Below are positions 57,332-64,000 of a stretch of DNA of 64,000 nt, in pieces. The position numbers and the translations under genes are program-made. Below the pieces are notes generated by a model. It was not told the DNA's origin. It did not search any database and saw only the letters and a list, made by a program, of their open reading frames with translations. Position 1 is the stretch's first letter; every line of letters begins with the position of its first letter. The DNA comes from Elusimicrobiota bacterium (GTDB lineage: Bacteria; Elusimicrobiota; Elusimicrobia; Elusimicrobiales; UBA9959): NCBI GenBank assembly GCA_009773155.1, contig WOVA01000002.1, forward strand, positions 6,889-70,888, written 5' to 3'.

Positions 57332-58095
57332 AGGCTTTCTTCTCCCCCGCCCTGCGCGTCGCCTCGCATTCTCTGCGCCTGCACCTGCGCGACCGCTTCT
57401 TCGGCCTGTTCCTGTTGTTCGCCCTTCTCCTGATATACTCGTCCCTCCTCGTAGGCGTCATGGCCGTTTACCAGGAGCGCCGCGCGCTGATGGATTTCGG
57501 GCTGGCCCTCATGGAACTGATGGGGCTGGCTTTCTGCGTCTACGCCTCGGCCACGGCCGTTTCCTCCGAGGTCGAGACCAAGACCATCTACCTGGTCTTC
57601 TCCCGCCCCGTGCCGCGCCATTCCTACCTGCTGGGCAAGATGCTGGCCGTGTTCGGCGCGGCGGCGGTGCTGCTGGCCGCGACCGCGGTCATGCACTCGT
57701 CCCTGCTCCTCCTCCGCGGCCACGCTCCCGACGGGCTGTACTTCGCCGCGCTGGGCTATTCCTGGCTGAAGCTGACCCTGATCTCCTCGCTGGTCTTCGC
57801 CGTCTCCATGTTCTCCACCTCGGCCCTCTCTTCGATGGTCATCGGCTTCATCCTGTGGATGCTGGGCCATTTCGCCCCCGAGACGGTGTTCATGGCCGCG
57901 CAGGCCGGCGGCGAGGGATCCCCGCTGGAATTCCTCGCCAGGCTGATACCGAATTTCCAGCTTTTCAACTTCAAGGACGCGCTGGACGTGCCCGGCGCGG
58001 CCGCCCCGCCCGCCCTGGCGCTGGCCTACGCCGCCGCCTGGTGGGCCGGCTCCTACGGGTTCGCCTGGGCGCTGCTGCGCCGCAAGGAGTTCTGA
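57328..58095 (+). CDS. ABC-2-type transporter permease
   Basis: 255 aa with ~6 TM helices. ATGA-coupled to the ATPase gene. Confidence 0.7.
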   Translation: MKAFFSPALRVASHSLRLHLRDRFFGLFLLFALLLIYSSLLVGVMAVYQERRALMDFGLALMELMGLAFCVYASATAVSSEVETKTIYLVFSRPVPRHSYLLGKMLAVFGAAAVLLAATAVMHSSLLLLRGHAPDGLYFAALGYSWLKLTLISSLVFAVSMFSTSALSSMVIGFILWMLGHFAPETVFMAAQAGGEGSPLEFLARLIPNFQLFNFKDALDVPGAAAPPALALAYAAAWWAGSYGFAWALLRRKEF

Positions 58096-58096
58096 C

Positions 58097-58891
58097 TTGC
58101 CCCCCCGCCGGAACAACGAGCCTCTGGCTCATCAAGTGCAGGGCGCTATGCCGCCCTGCCTGAGGGATATCGCCGCCGGACTGCTCTTCTTTCTGCCGGC
58201 CCTGGCTCTCAATCTGGGCGCCGTGCGCCACCGCCCCCCGCTGCCCCCGGTCTCGGAGATCCGCGAGGTGCGCCGCAGCGCCGCCGAGGACGCGGCGGCC
58301 GTCAGCCTGGGCGCGCGCCGCCTCTTCGCCGACATCTGGTTCATACGCCTCATGCAGTATTACGGCACCCGTGAATCCGTCCACGACGAGAAGGTGCTCG
58401 CCCACCACGAACATCATCACGCCGACGGCAGCGTCTGCGATCACGGCCCGGGCTGGGAGAAGGGCGAGTACCCGGAGTTCGTGCCACTTTCCCTTCACGT
58501 CATGGACCTCGACCCCTGGTTCCACAGCGCGGTGATCTACTCGGCAGCCTCGCTGGCCTATAACCTGAACAGGCCCGCCGAGGCCAGGGAGGTACTGGAA
58601 CTGGCGATAAAGAGGGCCCCGCGCGAATGGCGCTATCACTCGGTGCTGGCGGCCCTGGGCCACAGCGGGGAGGAGAGCCCGCGGGAGATAGTGAGGCTGC
58701 TGCTGCCGGTGGCGCGGCAGCCGGACTGCCCGACGATGCTGAAGAACCAGACCGCTTTCCTGAGCAAGCGCGCCGGCGACTACGCCACCGCCGCTGAGAT
58801 ATACCGGGACATCGCGGAGAACGCGCCCGAGAAGGAATACGCCGGGCGCGCGCGCAGGGAACTTGAAAAACTGGAAGGAAAGACGCGGTGA
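58097..58891 (+). CDS. hypothetical protein with His-rich patch and TPR-like C-terminus
   Basis: TTG start at 58097 (alternative ATG 58148). One TM helix, a HHEHHHADGSVCDH patch, and helical repeats. No family recognised. Confidence 0.45.
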   Translation: MPPRRNNEPLAHQVQGAMPPCLRDIAAGLLFFLPALALNLGAVRHRPPLPPVSEIREVRRSAAEDAAAVSLGARRLFADIWFIRLMQYYGTRESVHDEKVLAHHEHHHADGSVCDHGPGWEKGEYPEFVPLSLHVMDLDPWFHSAVIYSAASLAYNLNRPAEAREVLELAIKRAPREWRYHSVLAALGHSGEESPREIVRLLLPVARQPDCPTMLKNQTAFLSKRAGDYATAAEIYRDIAENAPEKEYAGRARRELEKLEGKTR

Positions 58892-59961
58892 AGATACTCA
58901 AGATCGTGGACAACGCGGCCTGGGACATAAATTCCTACCAGGCCCTGCATCTTTCTCTGCAGCTGGTCAAGAAAGGCCACACCGTGGTGGTCATGTGCCC
59001 CAAGGATTCGCGTCTGGCCGGCGAGTGCCTGAAATACCGGGTCCCGGTCAAGCCTTTCACCCTCGCGGCCAGGTTCGGCCTCTTCGAACTGCAGGACTAC
59101 GATATCATCCATCTCTACAATACCTGCGGGATAGGCCGCCTGACCATCAAGAAGGCCGCGGCCCACGGCCGCATAGTTTACAGCCAGCTGCGCCTGGACA
59201 GCATGGCGGCCATGATGAAGCTCAAAAGCATAGAGCACCTGGCCGTCAAGTTCCTGGCCTCCTGTCCCACGGTGCGCGAGGATATGCTGGCCGCCGGCCT
59301 CCCGGCGGACAAGGTGTCGGTGCTGCCCCCCTGCATAAACACCAGCCTCGGACGCTGGGAGAGCGCGATGCTGATCAAGCGCATGATGGCGGTGAAGAAG
59401 GAATTCCAGATCGGCACGGTCAGCATGGATAAGACGCTCCTGGACCAGGGGCTGTTCCTGCGCATCGCCCGCGCCGTCCTGGACCGCGACCCCTCCCTCT
59501 CGTTCACCCTGGTGGGACTAAAGGACGAGCGCATCCGCAAGCTGGCGCGCAACCTGGAGATAAGCCACAAACTGGACATGCTGGGCGAACGCACCGACAT
59601 GCCGGAAGTCATGGCGATGCTCAATATCTACGTCAAGGCCACGATGAAGGAAGAGATCTCGATGTCGCTGATGGAGGCGCAGGCCTCGGGCGTCACCTGC
59701 GTCATCCCGCGCCTTCGGGGCTTAAGCGACTACACCGTCCACGAGACCACCGGCCTGTTGGTCCCCCCCGGCGATACCGAGTCGTACGCCGCCGCCATAC
59801 TGGGGCTGGCCGACGACCGCGGCTCGGCCGAGTCACTGGCGAAGGCGGCCTACGAGTCGGTGGATCACAATATGTCGGTGGAGGTGGTGGCCAATCTGCT
59901 GGAAGCCCATTACGAGGACGCCCTGTCCTCCGGGTGGCCGGCTCAGAACCAGGTCCAGTAG
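58888..59961 (+). CDS. GT-B fold glycosyltransferase (family 4-like)
   Basis: 357 aa. GTG start overlaps the upstream stop (GTGA). C-terminal E....EA-type motif (SMSLMEAQASGVTCVIP) and HETTGLLV. Confidence 0.65.
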   Translation: MKILKIVDNAAWDINSYQALHLSLQLVKKGHTVVVMCPKDSRLAGECLKYRVPVKPFTLAARFGLFELQDYDIIHLYNTCGIGRLTIKKAAAHGRIVYSQLRLDSMAAMMKLKSIEHLAVKFLASCPTVREDMLAAGLPADKVSVLPPCINTSLGRWESAMLIKRMMAVKKEFQIGTVSMDKTLLDQGLFLRIARAVLDRDPSLSFTLVGLKDERIRKLARNLEISHKLDMLGERTDMPEVMAMLNIYVKATMKEEISMSLMEAQASGVTCVIPRLRGLSDYTVHETTGLLVPPGDTESYAAAILGLADDRGSAESLAKAAYESVDHNMSVEVVANLLEAHYEDALSSGWPAQNQVQ

Positions 59962-60344
59962 CGGCCGGCGGGGTCCTTAGCCCCGGAATCTATGAAGACA
60001 GAGCCGAAGTCCGGGCTGCCCGGGTCGGCGACATAGCCCCAGCAGCCCGTGCCCGCGGGCTCCAGCGACGGGTAGTTCACCACCCGGGAACAGGCCGGCC
60101 GCCATTTCAGCTTCAGAGCGGGGACAGCCTCGAGCTTTCCTGACGCCGGCACCGCCCCGTAATCCAGCGGGAAAGTCCCTTCAGCCTGCCTGTAAAGTTC
60201 AGCCGCGATGCGCAGGCCGGAGAGTCTTCTTACCGCCTCCGGGACCGGGGTCTGCCCGAAAGCCAGGTGATAGACGAGCCCGGCGCAGAGGGCCGCGGCC
60301 GCCGCCAGGAGAGCGGCTTTCGTCCCGGAACCCATCCTGAGCAT
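59943..60344 (-). CDS. hypothetical membrane-anchored/secreted protein (pilin-like layout without a canonical prepilin cleavage motif)
   Basis: 133 aa. N-terminal hydrophobic helix AALLAAAAALCAGLVYHLAF followed by AAELYRQAEGTFP. Confidence 0.4.
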   Translation of the reverse strand: MLRMGSGTKAALLAAAAALCAGLVYHLAFGQTPVPEAVRRLSGLRIAAELYRQAEGTFPLDYGAVPASGKLEAVPALKLKWRPACSRVVNYPSLEPAGTGCWGYVADPGSPDFGSVFIDSGAKDPAGRYWTWF

Positions 60345-60385
60345 GCCGAAATGATATCAAAAATGCGCGGCCGGCGGTTTTTTTG

Positions 60386-60391
60386 TAGAAT
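60386..60391 (+). promoter_or_regulatory. candidate -10 box (TAGAAT) upstream of ackA
   Basis: TTTTTGTAGAATAAG. ATG 60431 follows after a ~33-nt leader that contains AAGGGG. Confidence 0.35.
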
Positions 60392-60430
60392 AAGAAAGTC
60401 GTAAAAATTCCTTCAAGGGGACCCCATCGC

Positions 60431-61789
60431 ATGAAAATACTCTCTCTGAACTGCGGCAGTTCGTCGGTCAAATATTCCCTTTTCGACTGGGAAAAAAAAC
60501 TCCCGCTCGCCTCCGGCGTCGTGGAGCGCGTCGGCATAGACGGCTCCTTCATCGCCCACGAGGCCCCCGGCCGTGATAAGGCGACGATAGAGCGTCCCTG
60601 CCCCTCCCACAAGGAGGCCATAAAACTCGTAATCGACACCCTCATCGATGGCAAGCACGGCGTCCTCCCCGACCTCAAGGGTATAGCGGCCGTCGGTCAC
60701 CGCGTGGTGCACGGCGGCGAGAAGTTCGTCAAGTCCGTGGTCGTGGACGACAAGATCGTCGATACCTTCCGCGAGCTCTCCTCGCTGGCGCCGCTGCACA
60801 ATCCCCCGAACATCATGGGCATCGAGGCCGCGCGCGAGCTGATGCCCGCCGTGCCGCACATGGCCATCATGGACACGGCCTGGCACCAGACCATGCCCGA
60901 GACCTCCTACATGTACGCGCTGCCCCGGGCCTGGTACGAGAAGTACGGCATCCGCCGCTACGGCTTCCACGGCACCTCGTTCCTCTACAACGCCAAGCGG
61001 GCGGCCGTGCTTCTCCAGAAGGACCCCTTCAAGACCAACCTGGTGATCTGCCACATCGGCAACGGCGCCTCGATCAACGCCGTCAAGGACGGGGTCTCCT
61101 ACGACACCAGCATGGGCTTCACCCCCCTCGAAGGCCTGGTCATGGGCACCCGCGCCGGCGACCATGATCCCGCCATCCCGCTCTACGTGATGGCCCGCGA
61201 GAGCCTCAACCCGGGCGAGATGGACGCTATACTCAACAAAAAGTCGGGCAAGCTGGGCATCACCGGCCAGTACAGCGACGCGCGCGACGTGGAGATAGCC
61301 GCGGAGAACGGGGACAAGCGGGCGCAGCTGGCGCTGGACATGGAGGCCAACAGGATAAAGAAATATATCGGCGCTTACGCGGCGGCCGTCGGCGGCGTGG
61401 ACGCGGTGGTCTTCACCGCCGGCGTCGGCGAGATGGGGCCCATCACCCGCGCCGCGGCGCTGGGCGGGCTCGAGTTCATGGGGATAAAGCTCGATACCGC
61501 CAGGAACGACGCCTCCAGGACGCGCAACGCCGAGACCGGGATCTCCGCCAAGGATTCCAAGGTCAAGGTTTTCGTGATCCCTACCGACGAGGAAAGGGTT
61601 TTCGTGGAGGACGTGGTGGGGCTGATGAACGGGACCTACGACGTGCACACGCGCTTCGGCTATACTTTCCAGGACAGGGATTACCGCAACAAGCTGCGCG
61701 ACGACGCGTTCGTCAAGCAGTGCGGCAAGAAGCCCGGCCTGCTGGAGATCGCGGTGGCGCCCCCGAAAGGGGTCAAGGCCGCCGCTTAG
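60431..61789 (+). CDS. ackA: acetate kinase with ~50-aa C-terminal extension
   Basis: MKILSLNCGSSSVKYSLFD, GHRVVHGG, GFHGTSF, IPTDEE. 452 aa versus ~400 typical. Confidence 0.9.
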   Translation: MKILSLNCGSSSVKYSLFDWEKKLPLASGVVERVGIDGSFIAHEAPGRDKATIERPCPSHKEAIKLVIDTLIDGKHGVLPDLKGIAAVGHRVVHGGEKFVKSVVVDDKIVDTFRELSSLAPLHNPPNIMGIEAARELMPAVPHMAIMDTAWHQTMPETSYMYALPRAWYEKYGIRRYGFHGTSFLYNAKRAAVLLQKDPFKTNLVICHIGNGASINAVKDGVSYDTSMGFTPLEGLVMGTRAGDHDPAIPLYVMARESLNPGEMDAILNKKSGKLGITGQYSDARDVEIAAENGDKRAQLALDMEANRIKKYIGAYAAAVGGVDAVVFTAGVGEMGPITRAAALGGLEFMGIKLDTARNDASRTRNAETGISAKDSKVKVFVIPTDEERVFVEDVVGLMNGTYDVHTRFGYTFQDRDYRNKLRDDAFVKQCGKKPGLLEIAVAPPKGVKAAA

Positions 61790-62570
61790 GACCGGACCAG
61801 ACGAACAGCGCCTTGCGGGCCTCGGTCCGCTGGCGCACGATCCCGCCGGGGAACAGCTTTTCAAGCAGTTCCCCGGTTTCCTTTTCGCGGAACCCGACGC
61901 CGTTGATCTCGATATGCGCCTTCGCTTCGCGCAAGGCCTTTTCCAGTGGCTCCTCCCGGGACCAGACCTCGGAAAATACCCGTTTCCTGAAGCGGCGCCC
62001 GAGGGCTTTGAGCGAGCGCTCGACGCGCGCGGCTCCCTCGGGAGAGCGGTAAGGCAGATCGTGCAGGCGGAAGACGGCTTCCATGACGGGGTTTTTCCGC
62101 ACTCCGTACCAGCCCACATAGGCGCAGCGCTCCGCCCAGGCTTCCATCCGTCGTATCCCGGCGGGAGTGCCCACGGCCGAAGTCATGGAGGCCACGGCCA
62201 GGCCGAAGCGTCCTTTTAATCCGGCGGCCGAAAAATTCTTCCAGTCGGCCCTCAGCGCCTCCACGTTCCGCAGACCGGCGGCGGCGGACTCCGCCCTCAT
62301 TCTCGCCAGCATCCTGGGCGAGAGGTCGGTCCCGACCACCCGCCGGGCGGCCGGGGCCATAGCCAGCGCGAAAAGGCCCGTGCCGCAGCCGATATCCAGG
62401 ACGTCCCGCCCGCGCCACTCCGCGCCCAGGCGGCGCATCAGCGAGAGGGTCCCGCGCGTCGCTTTCAGCGTGGCCGGTGCCAGCGGCGAGGGGTAGCCCT
62501 CCGCTTTGCGGTCCCAGAAGAGCCGCGCTCCCGCGTCTTTCGCGTCGGTTCTCATGGCTAAATTATACAA
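61773..62570 (-). CDS. class I SAM-dependent methyltransferase
   Basis: Motif I VLDIGCGTGLFALAMA. Alternative start at 62555. Confidence 0.75.
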   Translation of the reverse strand: MYNLAMRTDAKDAGARLFWDRKAEGYPSPLAPATLKATRGTLSLMRRLGAEWRGRDVLDIGCGTGLFALAMAPAARRVVGTDLSPRMLARMRAESAAAGLRNVEALRADWKNFSAAGLKGRFGLAVASMTSAVGTPAGIRRMEAWAERCAYVGWYGVRKNPVMEAVFRLHDLPYRSPEGAARVERSLKALGRRFRKRVFSEVWSREEPLEKALREAKAHIEINGVGFREKETGELLEKLFPGGIVRQRTEARKALFVWSGPKRRP

Positions 62571-62619
62571 CTATCCCTCCGCCCGGCGCTCCCGTGTGAT
62601 AAGCCTCCCCATAATTTGT

Positions 62620-62625
62620 TAGAAT
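62620..62625 (+). promoter_or_regulatory. candidate -10 box (TAGAAT) 8 nt upstream of ATG 62634 (leaderless arrangement)
   Basis: TTTGTTAGAATTTTCGATAATG. Confidence 0.35.
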
Positions 62626-62633
62626 TTTCGATA

Positions 62634-62870
62634 ATGCGAATGCGTAACACGCTGTTCTTCGGGGTCCCTTCCATAATCCTGCTGGTGGCCGCCATTTTCG
62701 TGCTCGGTATTTTCCTGATAAAGTGGTTCTGGATGTGGACTATCCCGGAACTGTTCCCCGGCGCGGTCGCGTCGGGCGCCGTGGCGGAGCATATCTCCTG
62801 GTGGACGGCGCTGAAGCTTTCCGTGCTGGCGGCCCTGTTGGCCGCCATTACCAACATCTCCAAGAATTAG
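62634..62870 (+). CDS. small hypothetical membrane protein (78 aa, 2 TM)
   Basis: MRMRNTLFFGVPSIILLVAAIFVLGIFLIKWFW...LKLSVLAALLAAI. Track ORF starts at TTG 62616, inside the putative -10 region. Confidence 0.45.
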   Translation: MRMRNTLFFGVPSIILLVAAIFVLGIFLIKWFWMWTIPELFPGAVASGAVAEHISWWTALKLSVLAALLAAITNISKN

Positions 62871-62895
62871 GGCCGCTGGCCCGAGGGGTGCGGGG

Positions 62896-64000
62896 TTGAA
62901 TAAAATATTCGTTTTCGCGGCGGCGCTGGCCGCCATATTTTTCCTGCAGGCCTGTTCCAGGCCCGCGGACGGCTCCGCTTCCCTCCGCACCATCCTGGTC
63001 TGGGAACAGGAGGACGCGCAGGTCGCTCCCTACATCGATTCCGTCCTGGAAGCTTTCAGGGCGCTGCCCGGCAACGAGGACGTGGAGATAATCCGCAGCC
63101 ATTACCAGCCCGAGGACCTGCGCCAGCAGTTCCAGGCCGCCTCGCTCGCCGGCGTTCCGCCGGACCTCATACTCTCCCCCTCCGACGCCGCCGGCGTCTA
63201 CGCGGTCTCCGGCTTCATCAGCCCGCTCGACGGCCTGTTCGATTTCTCCAGGTTCAACAAGGCCGTGGTGGACGCCATTACCCTGGACGGGCATGTCTGG
63301 GGCGTCCCGGTCTCCAACGGCAATCACCTGATGCTGTTCTACAACAAAAAATACTCGCCGGAGGCCCCGAAGAATACCGACGAACTGTTCGGTTTCTGCC
63401 GGGAGAAGGCCCCGGCCTTCAGGCTGGACTACTGCCTCGCTTTCGACCTGGGCGAGCCTTTCTGGGCCATGCCCTGGCTGGGCGCCTTCGGCGGCTGGCC
63501 GCTGGACAATAAGACCCCCACGCTGGACACCCCGGCGATGACCGCCACCATAAATTTCTACCTCGACCTGAAGTACGCCAAAAAATTCGTGCCGTCCGAG
63601 TGCGATTACAACTGCATGGATTCGCTGTTCAAGGAGGGGAAGGCGGCCTTCATAATCAACGGCGACTGGGCCATCTCGACCTATTCCAATCTCCTGGGCA
63701 AAGACCTGGGCGTCGCGGTCATACCGAAACTTTCCGCTACGGGGCGCTGGCCTTCGCCGATGGTCAGCGGCAAGTATTTCCTGTTCAGCAGCGAGGCGCC
63801 GGAAGAAAAACTCCCCCTGCTTAAGCGGTTCGTGGAATTCTACGTTTCCAGGCCTAACCAGGTCCGCCAGTACATCGAGCTCAAGCGCCTTCCCGCCCTG
63901 AAAGCGGCCGCCTCCGCCCCGGAGATAACCCGGGACCCGATATCCAGGGCTTCGATGGACCAGATAGAGAAAGGCAGACCTATGCCGATGGCGACCGAGA
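62896..64000 (+). CDS. ABC transporter solute-binding lipoprotein (sugar/maltodextrin-type family 1), 3' end beyond the window
   Basis: Absent from the track (no stop in the window). TTG 62896 gives (M)NKIFVFAAALAAIFFLQAC (lipobox). Then TILVWEQED...VEIIRSHYQPEDLRQQFQAASLAGVPPDLIL...GHVWGVPVSNGNHLMLFYNKK...AAFIINGDWA. The frame was checked codon by codon to position 64000. Confidence 0.8.
   Translation, partial: MNKIFVFAAALAAIFFLQACSRPADGSASLRTILVWEQEDAQVAPYIDSVLEAFRALPGNEDVEIIRSHYQPEDLRQQFQAASLAGVPPDLILSPSDAAGVYAVSGFISPLDGLFDFSRFNKAVVDAITLDGHVWGVPVSNGNHLMLFYNKKYSPEAPKNTDELFGFCREKAPAFRLDYCLAFDLGEPFWAMPWLGAFGGWPLDNKTPTLDTPAMTATINFYLDLKYAKKFVPSECDYNCMDSLFKEGKAAFIINGDWAISTYSNLLGKDLGVAVIPKLSATGRWPSPMVSGKYFLFSSEAPEEKLPLLKRFVEFYVSRPNQVRQYIELKRLPALKAAASAPEITRDPISRASMDQIEKGRPMPMATE

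Noticed and set aside
62896-64000. Apparent frameshift in the solute-binding protein gene near 63060.
   Set aside because: This was my own mis-registration of one sequence line. Re-reading codon by codon from TTG 62896 gives one continuous frame to the window end (…VLEAFRALPGNEDVEIIRSHY…).

Overview
GC-rich bacterial chromosome segment (GC not computed). Strong third-position GC bias produces many long antisense shadow ORFs. It is almost gap-free, with about 60 genes, and I saw no transposase, integrase, CRISPR array or rRNA. Order from the left: acyl-CoA dehydrogenase (partial), a short archaeal-type purA, and purB. Next is a ~17.6-kb locus (3292-20897) that I consider the most interesting part. 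It holds motA-motB in one operon with a sensor kinase, two CheY-like receivers and an OmpR-type regulator with a degenerate receiver. Converging on it is an operon for a CTD-tagged secreted protein, a PorV/PorP-like beta-barrel fused to TPRs, a second kinase, a natural FliF(C-terminal ring domain)-TM-FliG(M+C) fusion, and a 440-aa coiled-coil pseudo-kinase. A divergent FN3/CTD protein and a 1118-aa fibre protein complete the locus. No other flagellar gene is present in the window. After that come an FMN riboswitch with ribBA-ribH-ribD-ribE, a membrane protein, an M14 carboxypeptidase, and a 14-gene nuoA-N operon (minus strand, mostly ATGA-coupled) followed by a J-domain gene. Then an NDUFA9-like SDR, a lipoprotein, rnc-acpP-fabG-plsX-rpmF-yceD, two glycosyltransferases, a TPR-SpoIID protein, tRNA-Lys(CUU), tRNA-Leu(UAG), tig-clpP-lon (no clpX; the ClpP triad Asp is Asn), DUF885, an ABC-2 exporter, a glycosyltransferase, ackA, a methyltransferase and a sugar-type solute-binding lipoprotein (partial). 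Two families of unannotated palindromic or structured intergenic elements occur. One is a ~190-200-nt element with covarying stems, inserted in sense orientation inside both the rib and nuo operons. The other is a 92-96-nt perfect long hairpin sharing 21-nt GGGGACGCTGATTACTAAATG arms. All functional calls rest on motif recognition by eye, and no database search was possible.
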